Position numbers and translations under genes: made by a program. Positions 28,299 to 40,930 of a stretch of 64,000 bases of DNA are shown here, piece by piece. The stretch is from NCBI GenBank assembly GCA_050084515.1, contig CM114271.1, forward strand, positions 48,794,001-48,858,000, written 5' to 3'. Below the pieces are notes generated by a model. That model did no database searches and was not told the DNA's origin. It was given only the letters and a program-made list of their open reading frames with translations. The stretch is from Blasia pusilla. Lineage: Eukaryota. Numbering within the stretch: the first letter of the stretch is position 1; the number at the start of each line of letters is the position of its first letter.

Positions 28299-29730
28299 TC
28301 AAAGTACCGTGCGTGGCCCGTGACACGCTGCCCATGAATGCCGTGCATATATGGCATCCAAAAATAACCCTGCAGCGTCTACTAAACCCTTCCTAGTCTC
28401 TACATCTACCTCCAAAATATTTGTGCAAGTCTGGTTGGGAAGCCACACGGCTAACATGTGGGCAATGGCAAATTTTAAACGCCAAAACATGTCTCTTTCT
28501 GGTCCTTTCTTAGGGGCAAACACAGGGAGCATGGAGTGTGCTGCCTTGATCCAATCCGAAGCCACAGATGGTTGATGCAAGGCAGACAACATGTGGTGAA
28601 TCTCCCCAAAGTGGGATTGAGTAGCCAAACATGACCATGGAACAAGCTTCTTTTGGGATATAATGTGACCCTCAAGAACAAGGATCAGGTCTTGTTGTGG
28701 AGGAGTGTCCAATAGCACTCCAGCAACTAGCCTACTATGCTTTTGTGCTTTCTATGCTTAGCCAATGACCGCCTCCTCTGCCCTACATGTACTCATCTAT
28801 TCACATTTTTTCTCAACACTTGTTATTGGTGGAGTCCGGTTTCCCTCTGGAAGAACTTGTGTGACAACAACTCAGACTAATGGGTTAGAATCACTTGTCA
28901 TCAACCAAATAGAAATGGCCCTAAATGGCATGCAAAATAAAAAATGGATGCACAACCTTACTTGCAAGTCTCATGACGGCCATGGAACTGATCACCTCCA
29001 AAAAGTCCAATATCATGGGAGGCGCAAACCCGTCAACGCGTTCGTGAATGTCAATTTCCTCAACAAGGTATATTTTTTTTGGTGTCAACCCGAGCACCCA
29101 CGGCGGTGACCCTCTAGAATCTCTGAGCAATACCCTCCTTTTCAATCTCAACAAAAAAATCACCTCGGCTATATAGTTTTTCTTTGCCCCATTGAAGGCC
29201 TCCTTGATGTATGGGATAATTGTGGCTTTGTATGAACCTCTCTCTTCAGAAACAACTATGAACTATGTTTTACGTAGGTTCTGGAAGAAACAATCCAACC
29301 ATACATGACTACCAAGTTTTCTTGCTTTGGGCGATAATTCTATCAGATAATCAAGTCTATCTGCAAGAGAGTGCAAGCACTCGTACACACCTAAAGGGAT
29401 CCCTAAAATAATCAAGTCTTCTAGGTAGGACACATTCTCGCCATGACTACGTTTACAAATGACATCCTTCAAGAAGAAATCAGGGTCACCGTTGCTGTGG
29501 AATATGTTGTTCACCCACGTATCAACATTACATACCCCTCCAGCCAAATACTTACTAATATTTTCCGGACCCCTAAACCCAATCTGTAGGTCTCTAAATT
29601 TTCCTACATCCAAAAATTTGGTAGTTGGGATGCTCATAGCCACCCAACAGCCTGCCGAAAGCACCCTACAACTACGAACAATGGATGCCACTGAACCCCT
29701 CGAGGAACCCTGGAACCTTGCCACACATTC
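28299..29730 (-). pseudogene. Unidentified second coding region inside the MULE, convergent to the transposase
   Basis: Successive protein-like minus-strand ORFs 29263-29724, 28921-29163 and 28299-28718, separated by stops, frameshifts or introns; no motif recognised. Confidence 0.4.
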
Positions 29731-31444
29731 ATCAAGAATCAGAGAATTTAGTGTCGGATCTGAGTGTGTAACCTATTCCATATGCATTTATACATGTAGG
29801 TGTCATTTGCCATGACAGCATCAGTGGTTGGTATTTATGTTTACCAACCCTTCCTATGCCATGACTTGTAAGCATATGACTAAACCTATATCCAAATAGT
29901 CTTGGTTATGTGGTGGCAAGGGATTTTGCTGCACACATACATGGTGCATGGTCCATCTATTCAGCCTAGTCTTTGCATCAAACTCGGCACTGAATAGTAC
30001 TATGGAAATGTTGAAGGATAAATAAATTTACACTTGTTTAGACTTGCAGTCCATGGCAGTTCACCTTTGGCCTGCCACTTAAAACAATTCATAAAGGTTC
30101 TTGTTCCCAACCTGAATTTTTGATCCGAGACTTACATGTCATCCACTTCCCCCATGAGCTTTTCTTTTCTTGTGAGTGTGAAAGTCTACAAGGCTGGGAT
30201 GAGAGGGAGTGGAATCTCTAGCGGCTTTGCTGCTGATTGAGTTCATTTATTTGGTTTACATTTCAGCAAGGATTGTGGTGAAAATGCACACATACAAACC
30301 ATACATGCATTTATAGATGGGATTTGCACCTTTGGTAACATCTAGATATAGTCTTCATACAAGTGACCACTTAACCCACTACCGAAATTCAGGGTTTAAG
30401 GGAACACGAATGCTAGGAAAATGTGAAGGCTTCGGCAAGTGTGAGGAAATGCATTCATGACAGCCAAAAAATTGCAAATTAGACGCACAGACTCCACGGC
30501 TCATTGAATCTCAAAATTTCGAATGATTGATAGAGGAATTCTACAGCATTGTAATCAACTAATGTGGAAATATACTAAGCGAGTTAAATCCTACCTATTA
30601 TCCAAACATGGAAAACATACCAAAAACCCGTGGCTTCGCTCTTGCATATGAGACGCTCCCCGACGGCCTTAGGCTCGCTTGTTTAGCATGTAAGAGTCGG
30701 AACACGTACAACGCTGCGCGAAAAAAAAGGTTCCTCAAAATGTTCAACTCTCTACGCGACAACTTTCAAAAATTTCCGAAGCCACTCCACTCGGAGTTGC
30801 TTGCTGGACCCACTTCCCTCCCGACTATGTCTTGCAAACCTTCCCTACAACGCCGTAGCAGACGAAGCAGATCGATGGTGAAACGAATGTAAATACAACA
30901 GCCACTATCACTCAAAATCAATCCAAGTCGAGGGTAAGACGATGCATATCATGAAACCAAGCTAACTACAACGGCGGTGATCTGCAAGAGAGGCTTGAAC
31001 TTCCAGCTCCACTCCGAAGCAGCGTTGATCCGCAACAGGCAGCTCGGAGCTAGAAACACTCACCTAAATGCTCACGGATGCTTGATAAGCCCAGACCAGC
31101 TAAATTCTTAGGCTCACACCTTCGCTCAACACTTTGCTGAAACGAAAATCTAGCGGATGCACCTAAAATCTGAAGCGGATGCAGCTAAAATCAGCTCCTC
31201 TTGAAAGCCATAATCAGCTTTGCCCGACCTTCGATCCGCCCGTGGCTGTGCTCCTTCAATCCGCCCAGACCTTTGACGCCCAACCTTTGATCTGCTCGCC
31301 TGCCACTTTGCTCCTTCGATCTGCCTCAACCCCGAACGTCTTCCTCCGACGCCCGTCTCCTTGCGTACCTCATTTAGGGTTAACCGCGCCCGGGCGATAT
31401 ACTTTTCGCAACACGGGGTACCACGCCCTCTTGGCGTCTCCAGA

Positions 31445-32650
31445 TTTTTTTTAGGGAGTTGGGCCACTGTAGCACCCTCCTTTGCTCCCGATTTTTTGTT
31501 AGGAATAGACCGCTACTTTTATTGTATGTTTCCCAGGTTGAGGATGGTATTTTCCCACTTCAGTCTTCACTCACAGCTTGTAGAGACTCCCTTCTTGTTA
31601 AGGCTAGAGCAGTTCTTCCCGCTTTGTCTTCCCTAGTTACCTCTGGGCAGTCTGGGCTCCAATCTTCTTTGATGGAAGCCCACTTTGATGCATTGTTTAG
31701 AGCTACTATGTCGGACAGGAATATCCCCATGGAGGTTCGGGCCCGTATTCGCTCTTGCTCCGGAAAGGGGGCAGGCTCATGGGTGGGGGAACGTACCCTC
31801 ATCCCGGCTTTCCGCATCGCACCACTTACCTATACTACAGCGATGCGGTTCCGACTGGGCCTGCCCCCAACCAAAAGTGGTTGGTTCGACACATTGCGAG
31901 TGTCGCCGGAGTCTGGATCCACTTGGTGTGCATTTGGCACGGTGTCCAGTTGGGGGTGAGAGGATAGCCACTCACGATGCAGTGCGGGATATTATGTTCT
32001 CTATTGCCCGGGAGAGTGGATTCCACGTACAGAGAGAGAGGCACTACTCCATGCGCGATTCCCTTATCCGTGCTGATCTTATATGACGAGGGAGTTTGAG
32101 GTGGTGGTAGCAGTTGTTGTAGTGACGGATCCTACGTGTGAGGCGGTGCGAGCCCAAGTAGTGGCACAAGGGAGATTGCTACAAGGAGCGGTGGCGGCGG
32201 CGGTCAAGAAGACCCACATTTATAGTCGACTTCATGACGGACATTGATTTATCCCCCTAGCCATTGAGATGATGTACGGGGCTATGGGGGAGAGGTTTGA
32301 CTCTCTCCTTACGGATTGCGCCCATCATCTCCAATCGAGAAATGGGTTGTCCTTAGTCACTACGATACTTTATTGTAGGCAACGGGTCTCCATAGCTTTG
32401 CGGCGTGCCCAGGAAAATGGGCTTTTGCGGCGGGCTCAAGCGGTTGGAGACGCCAATGCTAGAGGCCCACTTAGTAGTAGTCATAGTTCTCTATGTGTTG
32501 CTGATATTGTCTGTGCTGTTGGTGATTTTGGTGGTTAGATGGGAAAGCCCCCTTCTTTCTCCTCGGTCCGGTTTTGGCACCTTGAGATTTTTTTTTCCTC
32601 TATGCCCCCTCATTTGTATCGTGATGGGTTTCCCATCCTATTTTTTATAT
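31445..32650 (+). mobile_element. CRE-clade non-LTR retrotransposon 3' portion nested in the MULE
   Basis: Colinear with the 21279-22490 copy (FLGSWATVA, CECRRSLDPLGVHLARC, RADL, FIPLAIE, QRVSIALRRAQ); 3' stem-loop GATGGGTTTCCCATC then a T-run and (TA)n. Confidence 0.85.
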
Positions 32651-32689
32651 ATATATTATTACCCATCTCTCTTGGAACAACCACGTCCG

Positions 32690-32872
32690 TCCACGCTCAC
32701 CGTAACCACGCTGCATATCCGAGTTGGATATCCGAGCCCATCCGGCTCCGATATTTCCTAAACGCGACATCGGACGCAGTCCCTCACACACGAGCCGGAA
32801 CTAAAAAGTAATAAAGCCACCTCGTAACCCGAGGGCAATCAAAGCCTGGCCTCGGATGGTTATGGCTTTCGG
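32690..32872 (-). repeat. Right TIR of MULE
   Basis: CATCCGGCTCCGATATTTCC...TCACACACGAGCCGGAACTAA...GTAACCCGAGG...GATGGTTATGGCTTTCGG is inverse to the left TIR. Confidence 0.85.
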
Positions 32873-34202
32873 ATTTAATTGCGAATTCAGGATCTATAGT
32901 AGGGACCGTAATCAATGTTCACAAAATCCCACAAGCATGGGAATATTCAATCGATTTTTCATGGCCAAACTTATCACCCTTAGTCTCATGTACGTTCACA
33001 ATAGGAATATGGCATCTGAAGGGACGAGGCGCCATCACCCGCTAGGCTCCTGGCCAAAGCTGTAACGTCCAGGACTTTCTGTTCACCGTGAACCAGGAGG
33101 CCACCAGTGGCAAGCCTTATTGAAACTGAGCCTCTCTTTTGTCCAAGCATTGTCTCTCCGAAAGAGCAGGACGGACCGTCAGACGTCCTACTGTAATGGA
33201 CAGACGCATCACTTGTGCGATGATACGGACAACTTTAAATATATCCAGAAAATATGTCCACTTTGGATGGGATTGAACAGTATTAGTGACGCTGATGAAC
33301 TGACGCGTTATCATTCGCAAATCCCCAACGCTTTCTCCTGAAATCCGTGATTATTAGTACATTTCTCGATCGAATTCGGGTCGTCGGATGGCAGGAGGCG
33401 GATGATTTTTGAGCTCTCGTCCGTGGCCATGGGATTGCTCTCTAGACGCTTTTCCGCTTTTAATATTATCATGGTGGATGGCTGGTTCCCCGGATCCCAT
33501 CGGTTTTCAATTTCGCCTGCGCCTACTTTCTTCCCGGCTCTTGGAGTCTTTTTCAACGCATGCAATCAAGCAGTCAAGCAGCAGCCCACTGGGCAGTACA
33601 ACACCTTTTGGAGATGAGAGATTTGCAGGGCAAACCTTCCATTCATTAATACTATTATGCTCCGTCGAGGAACGTGGGGCAAGAATCGAACATTCCATGG
33701 AAGATTTTTCGGGTGATCGGATAAGTTCTGCGGTGTGGGTGGTGAATTCATAGCGACATGTCACGGTATAGGAACGGAATCACGGCAGATGACTGTCACA
33801 CGCGCTTGCTTCAAGATAATGTTTCGTCTTTTTTCTTTTTAAAAGGAAGAGGTGAGTGTAATGGATTGGCACCATTACGTACTTAAAAGGGAGCTTTGGA
33901 GTGTGATCTGCCAGATCAGAGCAGACCAGACGGGAACAGTCGTAGTGTGCTTCTCTGTTCTGCTCTGCAATACACCGTACCTTCAAAGCTGCGCGCTAGA
34001 CGATCTAGTCTTTAGGGAGTAGATCGTTGATAGGCTGCACCTGAAGCCCTCCGGGTTGAACAGCGCAGTTCACGATCTATCCAGGGTCGAGGGGCCAGCC
34101 ACCGAGGGTGTCAATTTGCACAAATTGAGAGCGTGTACAAGACCCTGCTGCCGAACTGTTCTTCCACACCTTCGCAAGCTGTGGAAATACAGTTTGAAAA
34201 GT

Positions 34203-37200
34203 ATGGAAACTCAGGAGACGGGACGAGGGAAGACGGTTTGTGTAACAGGAGCGGGCGGATTTTATGGCTCTTGGATGGTTTCCCAGCTCCTGGAGCGAGG
34301 CTATCATGTGCGAGGTACGGTGAGGCATCCAGGTACTGTAATTCTCTGCACGCTAAACCTTCGTTCTGTCCATCAATCTCTTCTTCACATCGTCCTGAAG
34401 TGGGATCCGGTGCTTGTCTAGAGGTGGTGAACGAACCCAGCTAGCTCTGGCTCCCGATTTCACCTGTGATTCAGTTTCGTTAAATACTCGTATGTCGTGT
34501 TGATGGCCGAATGACGAGATGGCATTTTACAAACTTCCGATTTTATCCTTGAGTGATGATAGTATGCTGGAAAAGTAGCTGTCGATTCTGACTTTACGGT
34601 AGGGCAGCTAAAGAAATGGCTATTTGTGGATTACTTTCCGAAAGATCAGTCAATTGCTGCTGAACGAACGGCTGGCTAGCCGTGACTTCCATGCAAATCG
34701 GTTGATTACCGATCGATGACTTTCCTTTAGCGTCTTCAATTGGTAAGTGGAGGCTAACTGTAAATGCGTTTGTTCTCAGAAAATGAGGAGAAAAATGGCC
34801 ACTTGTGGAAAATGAAGGGCGCCAACGAAAGGCTTCAGCTGTTTAAGGCCGACGTGTTGGACTACGATGCAGTCGCTCTTACCGTTGCAGGATGTGCTGG
34901 AGTCTTCCACACAGCGTGCCCCGTCGTTGTCGACATGGACGATCCTGAGGTGAGCTTCGCCGCTATGAACGGCTTTCAATGATGCTTCCAAATTAACTAT
35001 GCGAACCTCGTGTAATGTCTCTAAAAATTCGTGAGGTGTGAAGCTAAACCACACTCTTCTATCCAAATCAGTTTACTTCTACCTCGGGCTTTCTTTTGAA
35101 TTCGCTGTCTCCTAGTTCGTGGGTTTCCCATCGGTGGTCTTGTTCTGAGCTGTAGTCTGGCATCGAACAGAATTCATGTAGCTCTGCGGTATGATTTAAA
35201 GCTTTCATCCATAAATAGTCTCCAGGAAATTTGGAAACGAGTAGACAATGTGGGAAGTGAGAAGAGTTATCTTCATAATCGAATAACTCTATCGGCGAGA
35301 AAATTTTGGGCACCCATCTATTTGGAATCAGGAGATTGTGGACGTTTGGCTTACCTGAAACTTTGAGAGACGTGCTTTATTTTCCTGTGATATGAAAGCA
35401 GGAGGCTATGGTAAAACATGCATTCGAGGATCGATGAATTGGTACTTTTGATGAAGATTACTCACTAATCTCCTGAAGGTTGTTCTGTCTTCTGTTGCAG
35501 AAGGAGATGATTCAGCCCTGTGTCCAAGGAACCTTGAATGTCCTGAAAGCATCATTCAATGCAAAAGTAGGGCGAGTCATCTACACAGCAAGTATTCTCA
35601 CTATGATGTATAACAAAGAAAACGATGGCAAGCTATGTGATGAGACCTGCTGGTCTGATCCCGACTTCTATCAAAGCATTGGGGTATGTCCATCCACACC
35701 AGCTACCCAGTGCTGTCATCACTTTCATGGATTTTTATCTCCATGCTGGTGTTCAAGAAACTTTGGCACCACTTCATCCACTGAGGTTGAAATCCCCTTT
35801 TCTTGCACCTACCTTGGAAACGCAAGTGGCTTTTGGCTCCAAGTTAGCAGAAAGAAACCCCTTGTCTGTATTCTCTTCACGCACACAAGATGCACAATGC
35901 TGATCTGTAACAGACAGGACTCACAACTGACTCGCCAGACTCTTGCGGTCGCAGTACTGGTATTGTGTAGCAAAAGTACAAGCCGAGAGAGCAGCATGGA
36001 AATTTGCAGAGGAGAAAGGGTTGGATTTGATCTCCATTTCTCCAGCTACGACATTTGGACCCACGCTGCAGAAAGAGACGAACTTGAGCTCTGCTGCCAT
36101 GCTAAATGTCTTTTTAGGTGAGCGGACCTTCACACTTCCTGGCTTTAATGGTGGTAACAACAATATGTATGAATGTATTCATGAAGTAGTTACCAGCGGT
36201 TTGGACTGGGTTAGGTGGGGGTTGTCTGTTTGTGAGCTTCCAAGACTTGCTTAATCCATGGGAATTGGTAACCAATACACCACCTTTGACCTTCGATGAT
36301 TTTAGATCAAAGCTGTTCTTGGCCTTAACTTCTGAATGAATACGGCGTGTCGAAGAAGGCCATTAAAAGTGTGGAGTTAGATCGTATGGACATTGGGATA
36401 GCCCTGAGTAACTAGTTGTTGGATTACTGATTTTCTGACAGCCCACAGATATGTCTCTCCCTCTCTTCTGAGTTATATTGCTTACATCTTCTCTGGTTAT
36501 GATAATAAAAAAGAATGGACCCTACTTTATTGTTCCCTGCACAGGCTCATACATTGAATCTCATACAGCCGGCCCTTAAACAATCGGTAATGAATAAATT
36601 GACCTCTTACCCAAGGGGAACGAATGCCACACCAAGAAAGAACTGAGAAAAAGACGGAATGGTCGTCCAGAGTAAGTAACAATTCCTGATGTTCAATTGT
36701 AAAGATCAAACAACGATGTAGGAACGTCGCTGTGAGAATCTGGTTCCTCCTGGTCATGGAAGCACTCACATTGATGACAGGAAGCTTTGAAAGAAATCCT
36801 TTGTGTATTTCTCATGTTTGAGTTGTAATATCTGTCGATATTGTCGGACTTCCCTTTCTGTGACCAAAAACTGTTTCCGATTAAAGATTCCCGGCAATGT
36901 ACAGGGTCCCACGGGAGAACTCCCCGAACCCTGGCAGGAACCATAGTTGTTGAGGGGGAGAATGAAAAAGAAAGTAGAGAGCAAATGAATGATTTTCCCA
37001 ATGAAAAGTTGGAAATAAATTCCACATGGTCACCAGTGCTAGTCGGTGAATGGACTTCTTAATTGATTGAGATACCACGAGACGTCACTCAGCTATCCAG
37101 TGCAGCAAGGAATCTAGGTTATTGATGACGATACTTTTGGTGGTACTCGGTTGCCTATCGCGGCACAGGTTGATGCTTTTGGAGTGAATTTCGCAAAAGT

Positions 37201-38166
37201 GAAGCAAACAGTCACGGGAGGTTTCATCACCCGACTGGTTTCTCATACGATTGTTCATATGTTTGAAGAGGTCATTAGAAAGAATGACCTCTTGCATACG
37301 AAAATCGTTGAGAAATTCGATGAGCATTTGATCTCAGCAACATTGTCTTGTGTAGAATTGCCCCTATGTTCGCAGATGGTGACGAGAAGGAAGCTTCCGA
37401 TGAGCCACGCTGTTGTCTGTTCTGAATCACAGGGTCGAAGCGCACATTCAGTTACGTCTACTGCGGACCAGTCGACGTAAGAGATGTCGCCGCGGCACAT
37501 ATTCTACTTTTCGAAACTCCATCGGCATCAGGGCGGTACATCTGTGCCGAGAGGTTCGCTCCCTTCAGTGAAATCATGGAGGGCGTCGCTAAGCTTTATC
37601 CGGACGAAAACATCCCTCAGTAAGTGCTCTCTTTCACTTCTGGTATACTTGGTGCATGCAGCTCACAACGTTGCGAAAAGGAGCCGGTTTCTACGTTTAG
37701 GTAGTGCGGTAGGAATTGAGATAGCTTAGACTAGACGAATCGTTTGGTTTACTATCACTTCATGTGCTTCTTCTCCTTCAGTTTGTAACCTAACCTCGCG
37801 AGTATGAACTTCGATTCGGAATCGAGTGGGGCAAGCTGTAAACCTGCCTCTCTACCTAGCATGTCTTATTCCATGCGCTCAGCTCTAGGCAGAGCATGAA
37901 ATAAAAGCTGCATCTTGTTTCTTTTCGTGCGCAGGGCGGAAGGAGACACGCAACCGTGGCTGGTGCGTTCCCGATCACCATCCATGAAGCTGCTAGAACT
38001 GGGATTCGTTTTCAGACCTCACGAGCAAACCCTGATAGACAGCTTTGCATGTGCTGAAGAAAGAGGACTAATTACACCCAAGGCAAAGTCGAAGCGCAAG
38101 GTAGAGAAGATCGTGGAGTCACCGGGGATTCCGAGCGATGTGCCTTCGCCACCCCTAAGTCCCTAG
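34203..38166 (+). CDS. Cinnamoyl-CoA reductase-like / DFR-family extended short-chain dehydrogenase
   Basis: Six GT-AG exons in consistent phase: 34203-34332 ([13 protein letters not shown]), 34780-34949 (GVFHTACPV), 35501-35683 (GTLNVLKAS...WSD), 35955-36117 (YWYCVAK catalytic YxxxK), 37433-37619 ([10 protein letters not shown]...ASGRYIC), 37935-38166 (stop TAG). The exon layout is typical of plant CCR-like genes. Confidence 0.93.
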
Positions 38167-40714
38167 ATGACCTTCTCCTTCGTATCGCCTCATGATGCAT
38201 TCGGTCATCATGAGCCTTTGGACTCGCATATCCATCCACGGGAGGCATTCTATTGCATAACTAGTGGGAAATGTCAGCAGCTCCTTCGAAAGAGCTTGAA
38301 GCACTCGTCAGTGGAAATTTCTTGGCCCACGTCTCGGCTCCAGACGCGTTGTTATCACCACGATGTGTAGAACGGTACAAATCTGAGACTAGTTTCTCGA
38401 GCAGAGAAATGTCTGCGACTGCCGTCCTTTCACTGCTTTGGCTGCTCTCACGGGTACCGAAAATTACTGGCCTTACAATTGTATCCCATATTCGACAATG
38501 AAAACTAGCCACAACTCGCGAGAGGAGGGTATGCTCTGCCGTACAATTTTCAATTATTTGCGTGGAAAAGGCTTACGGATACGAATTTAATCGGAGTGTC
38601 TTATCATTGCGAGGGCTATCATTGCGGAAAGGTAATCAATCGCTTCTTGGTGTTAGCGAACCTCCCGATCACCCTGGAAGTTTGCCGTTCGGACTATTCA
38701 CACGCGATCGCAGCGAGGCAGATGTGGAAACCTGGCTGGGAGATCAACGTTTCCTCTCCTAACAGATCGTCGGCTGTTGTCACGTCGTTACCACGCGCAT
38801 CCTGCCGGCGCGTGGTAACGTGATGGATTTCAATCATCTTGGACGTTACCATAGAAAATCCGCGAGCGCATTATCAGGGAGGACTGGGAGGCACCGGCGC
38901 AACGGGCCTCGGCCGGGCGACATATCCAGATGGCAGAACCGACAGCCTTTACTGCACTTGAAGGCTGAAGAATGGGAGGGCAGATTTCAGGCGATATACC
39001 CAGAACAGTCTTGGCCCCTAACAGCCGAGATCTGTCGCCGCTAGCTCTGAGCCGCATGGGATGTTGTAGGCCAATCACGAATGAAACCGCCGCCTAGAGC
39101 TCGTGGGTTAGCATATCAGGCGTTCCCCTCGTTGTGGGGTTTTCTGTCAACGGTTTGAATCGAACTTACCGCCTTCGCCGTCTCGTGCCGCAAGGGGTTG
39201 AGTTTCGCAAGATAATCGTTTGTGCAATCCTCCTGGGTGTGTGATAATCATCAGTCCTGAGTCGAGCTCGAGTCACCACACGGTCTAAGTTAAGTTTTCT
39301 ATCGATTAGGGTCTATGTTCTGACCCTCTATCGATTGTCAATTTGCGAATAACTCTGTCATACCGGAAAGACAAGAGCTTCCTTGATCTTCCAATTTTTT
39401 TCAATTCTTTGTACCATCAGTTCCCACAGGCGATCGGCCACAAGGTGGTTCACAAGTCTGGATTCTCCGAGCGTAGATTACACACTTCGAGCTCATGAAG
39501 CGACACGCAGAACGCATATGAACCTCAGAAGAATTGCAGTTCTGAAAAGGTAGAGGCTGTAAGTATCATTACTAACATTCCGCTCTAAGAGTCGTTCCAT
39601 TCTGTAAAGGTGCCAAACTGATACTGGTGGACACCACCGACGACCGACGAACGAACAGAGAGTGTAATGTCTCACCGTGACAGGGCCAACCTCCAGGACC
39701 CGGCAACCTAGTTCTCTTTGAGTTTCAAAAATAATTGGTAGGTGCCGTCCCTGCGGACCCACTCATTCTCGTGTCATGCTCAAGATTGGACGCTTCGAAA
39801 AGTGACGTTTCCTGCGAACTGTTACGCACTTTTGATCTTGTCGTCTTCATAGCTTTGCGATGCACAGGTAACGAACGCCATGCCGAGAGTGTGCTTAGAA
39901 TCCTCCTATCACTTTCTGGTGGGTCAAGGGGGCGACGGGTTTGTTGCACGTTATGGTAGGTGAATCCATCAAATTACCTGGCAGAACGAGGTTATTGCTC
40001 GAACTTTCAACACCAAGGGTCGTTATTCGAGGACAGATATTGCGACACTCAAGTCGACAAAGTCAAGAGCTATCCTAAGGAAGCCACGACGGTGGTGTCA
40101 CAAAATCAGCACCTGCGACGTGGACCCGCATGACGGAGTGACCAGGACGACTCAATGAGTGGCAACCCCACCACCGCCAGCGAAGTGATGATCGCCGGGA
40201 AGTGTGAGCAGCACGAAACCAGCAGACCCAGCAGCCAAATTCCAGCGCTTGCCTTGCCTTTCATCGCATCGCCTCTCTGACAGACGTAGCAAGCCCTCTA
40301 CGATGCCTTTGCTGCACGAAAAGAAGCTGCTTATTATCTTGACTTGTGCACTGAAAACGACTCGCACATGCGTTTTGAGAGTGGCCTTTGCGAGCCTTCG
40401 ATGACGTCATGGAACGGACTCTCGTCTCTCATGGTGGAACTCCGCCTTTCATGTGCTGCTGCGATCGATTCTTCTCGAAGGGATCGATCGGGCGTCTGCG
40501 TCTTCCACAGGCGAGAGCGGTTAGATGAACACCGGCGGTGCACTGAGTAGAGACGAATACTCGCGGCATTATGGTATGCCTCGAACGGTGGATCCTGGTC
40601 CGATTCCTGCGCTCATGGGAACTCAAGCATCGAGGAGATCGTCAGAGAGGAGAGTAATCAGCAATATGAAAACGAGCGCGAAACACGGTGTTCAAAGATC
40701 GCAGCAGAAATTCA

Positions 40715-40930
40715 CACGCTGCCTTGAACATAGCTCTTTGAAGCTGTGAACCTGACCGTCCCAAGATCAGACCAGCATTCCGTGGGAATTCCCGTCATCC
40801 CACGAACTCAGTGAGTAATTACAGGGATCCGCATGCTGCCTTGAACCTCTTCGAAATTGTGACCCTGACTGTCCCGAGATCAGACCAAGGTGCCGAGAGA
40901 ATTCGCGTCATCCCATGATCCGAGATAATA
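40715..40930. repeat. Imperfect two-copy tandem duplication (~117-bp unit)
   Basis: GCTGCCTTGAAC...CCTGAC(C/T)GTCCC(A/G)AGATCAGACCA...GAATTC(C/G)CGTCATCCCA occurs twice in succession. Confidence 0.7.

Larger units (their letters stand above)
24274..32872 (+). mobile_element. Mutator-like DNA transposon (MULE), ~8.6 kb, long TIRs
   Basis: Imperfect terminal inverted repeats of ~200-250 bp; ATTTAAT on both flanks (24267-24273 and 32873-32879) as a candidate TSD; internal MULE transposase with SWIM finger. Confidence 0.85.

Noticed and set aside
37376-37432. Alternative acceptor for CCR-like exon 5
   Set aside because: Introduces an in-frame stop; the acceptor at 37432 gives the conserved frame.
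5347-38166. CCD plus CCR-like biosynthetic gene cluster
   Set aside because: Only two genes 23 kb apart, with no pathway link evident from the sequence.
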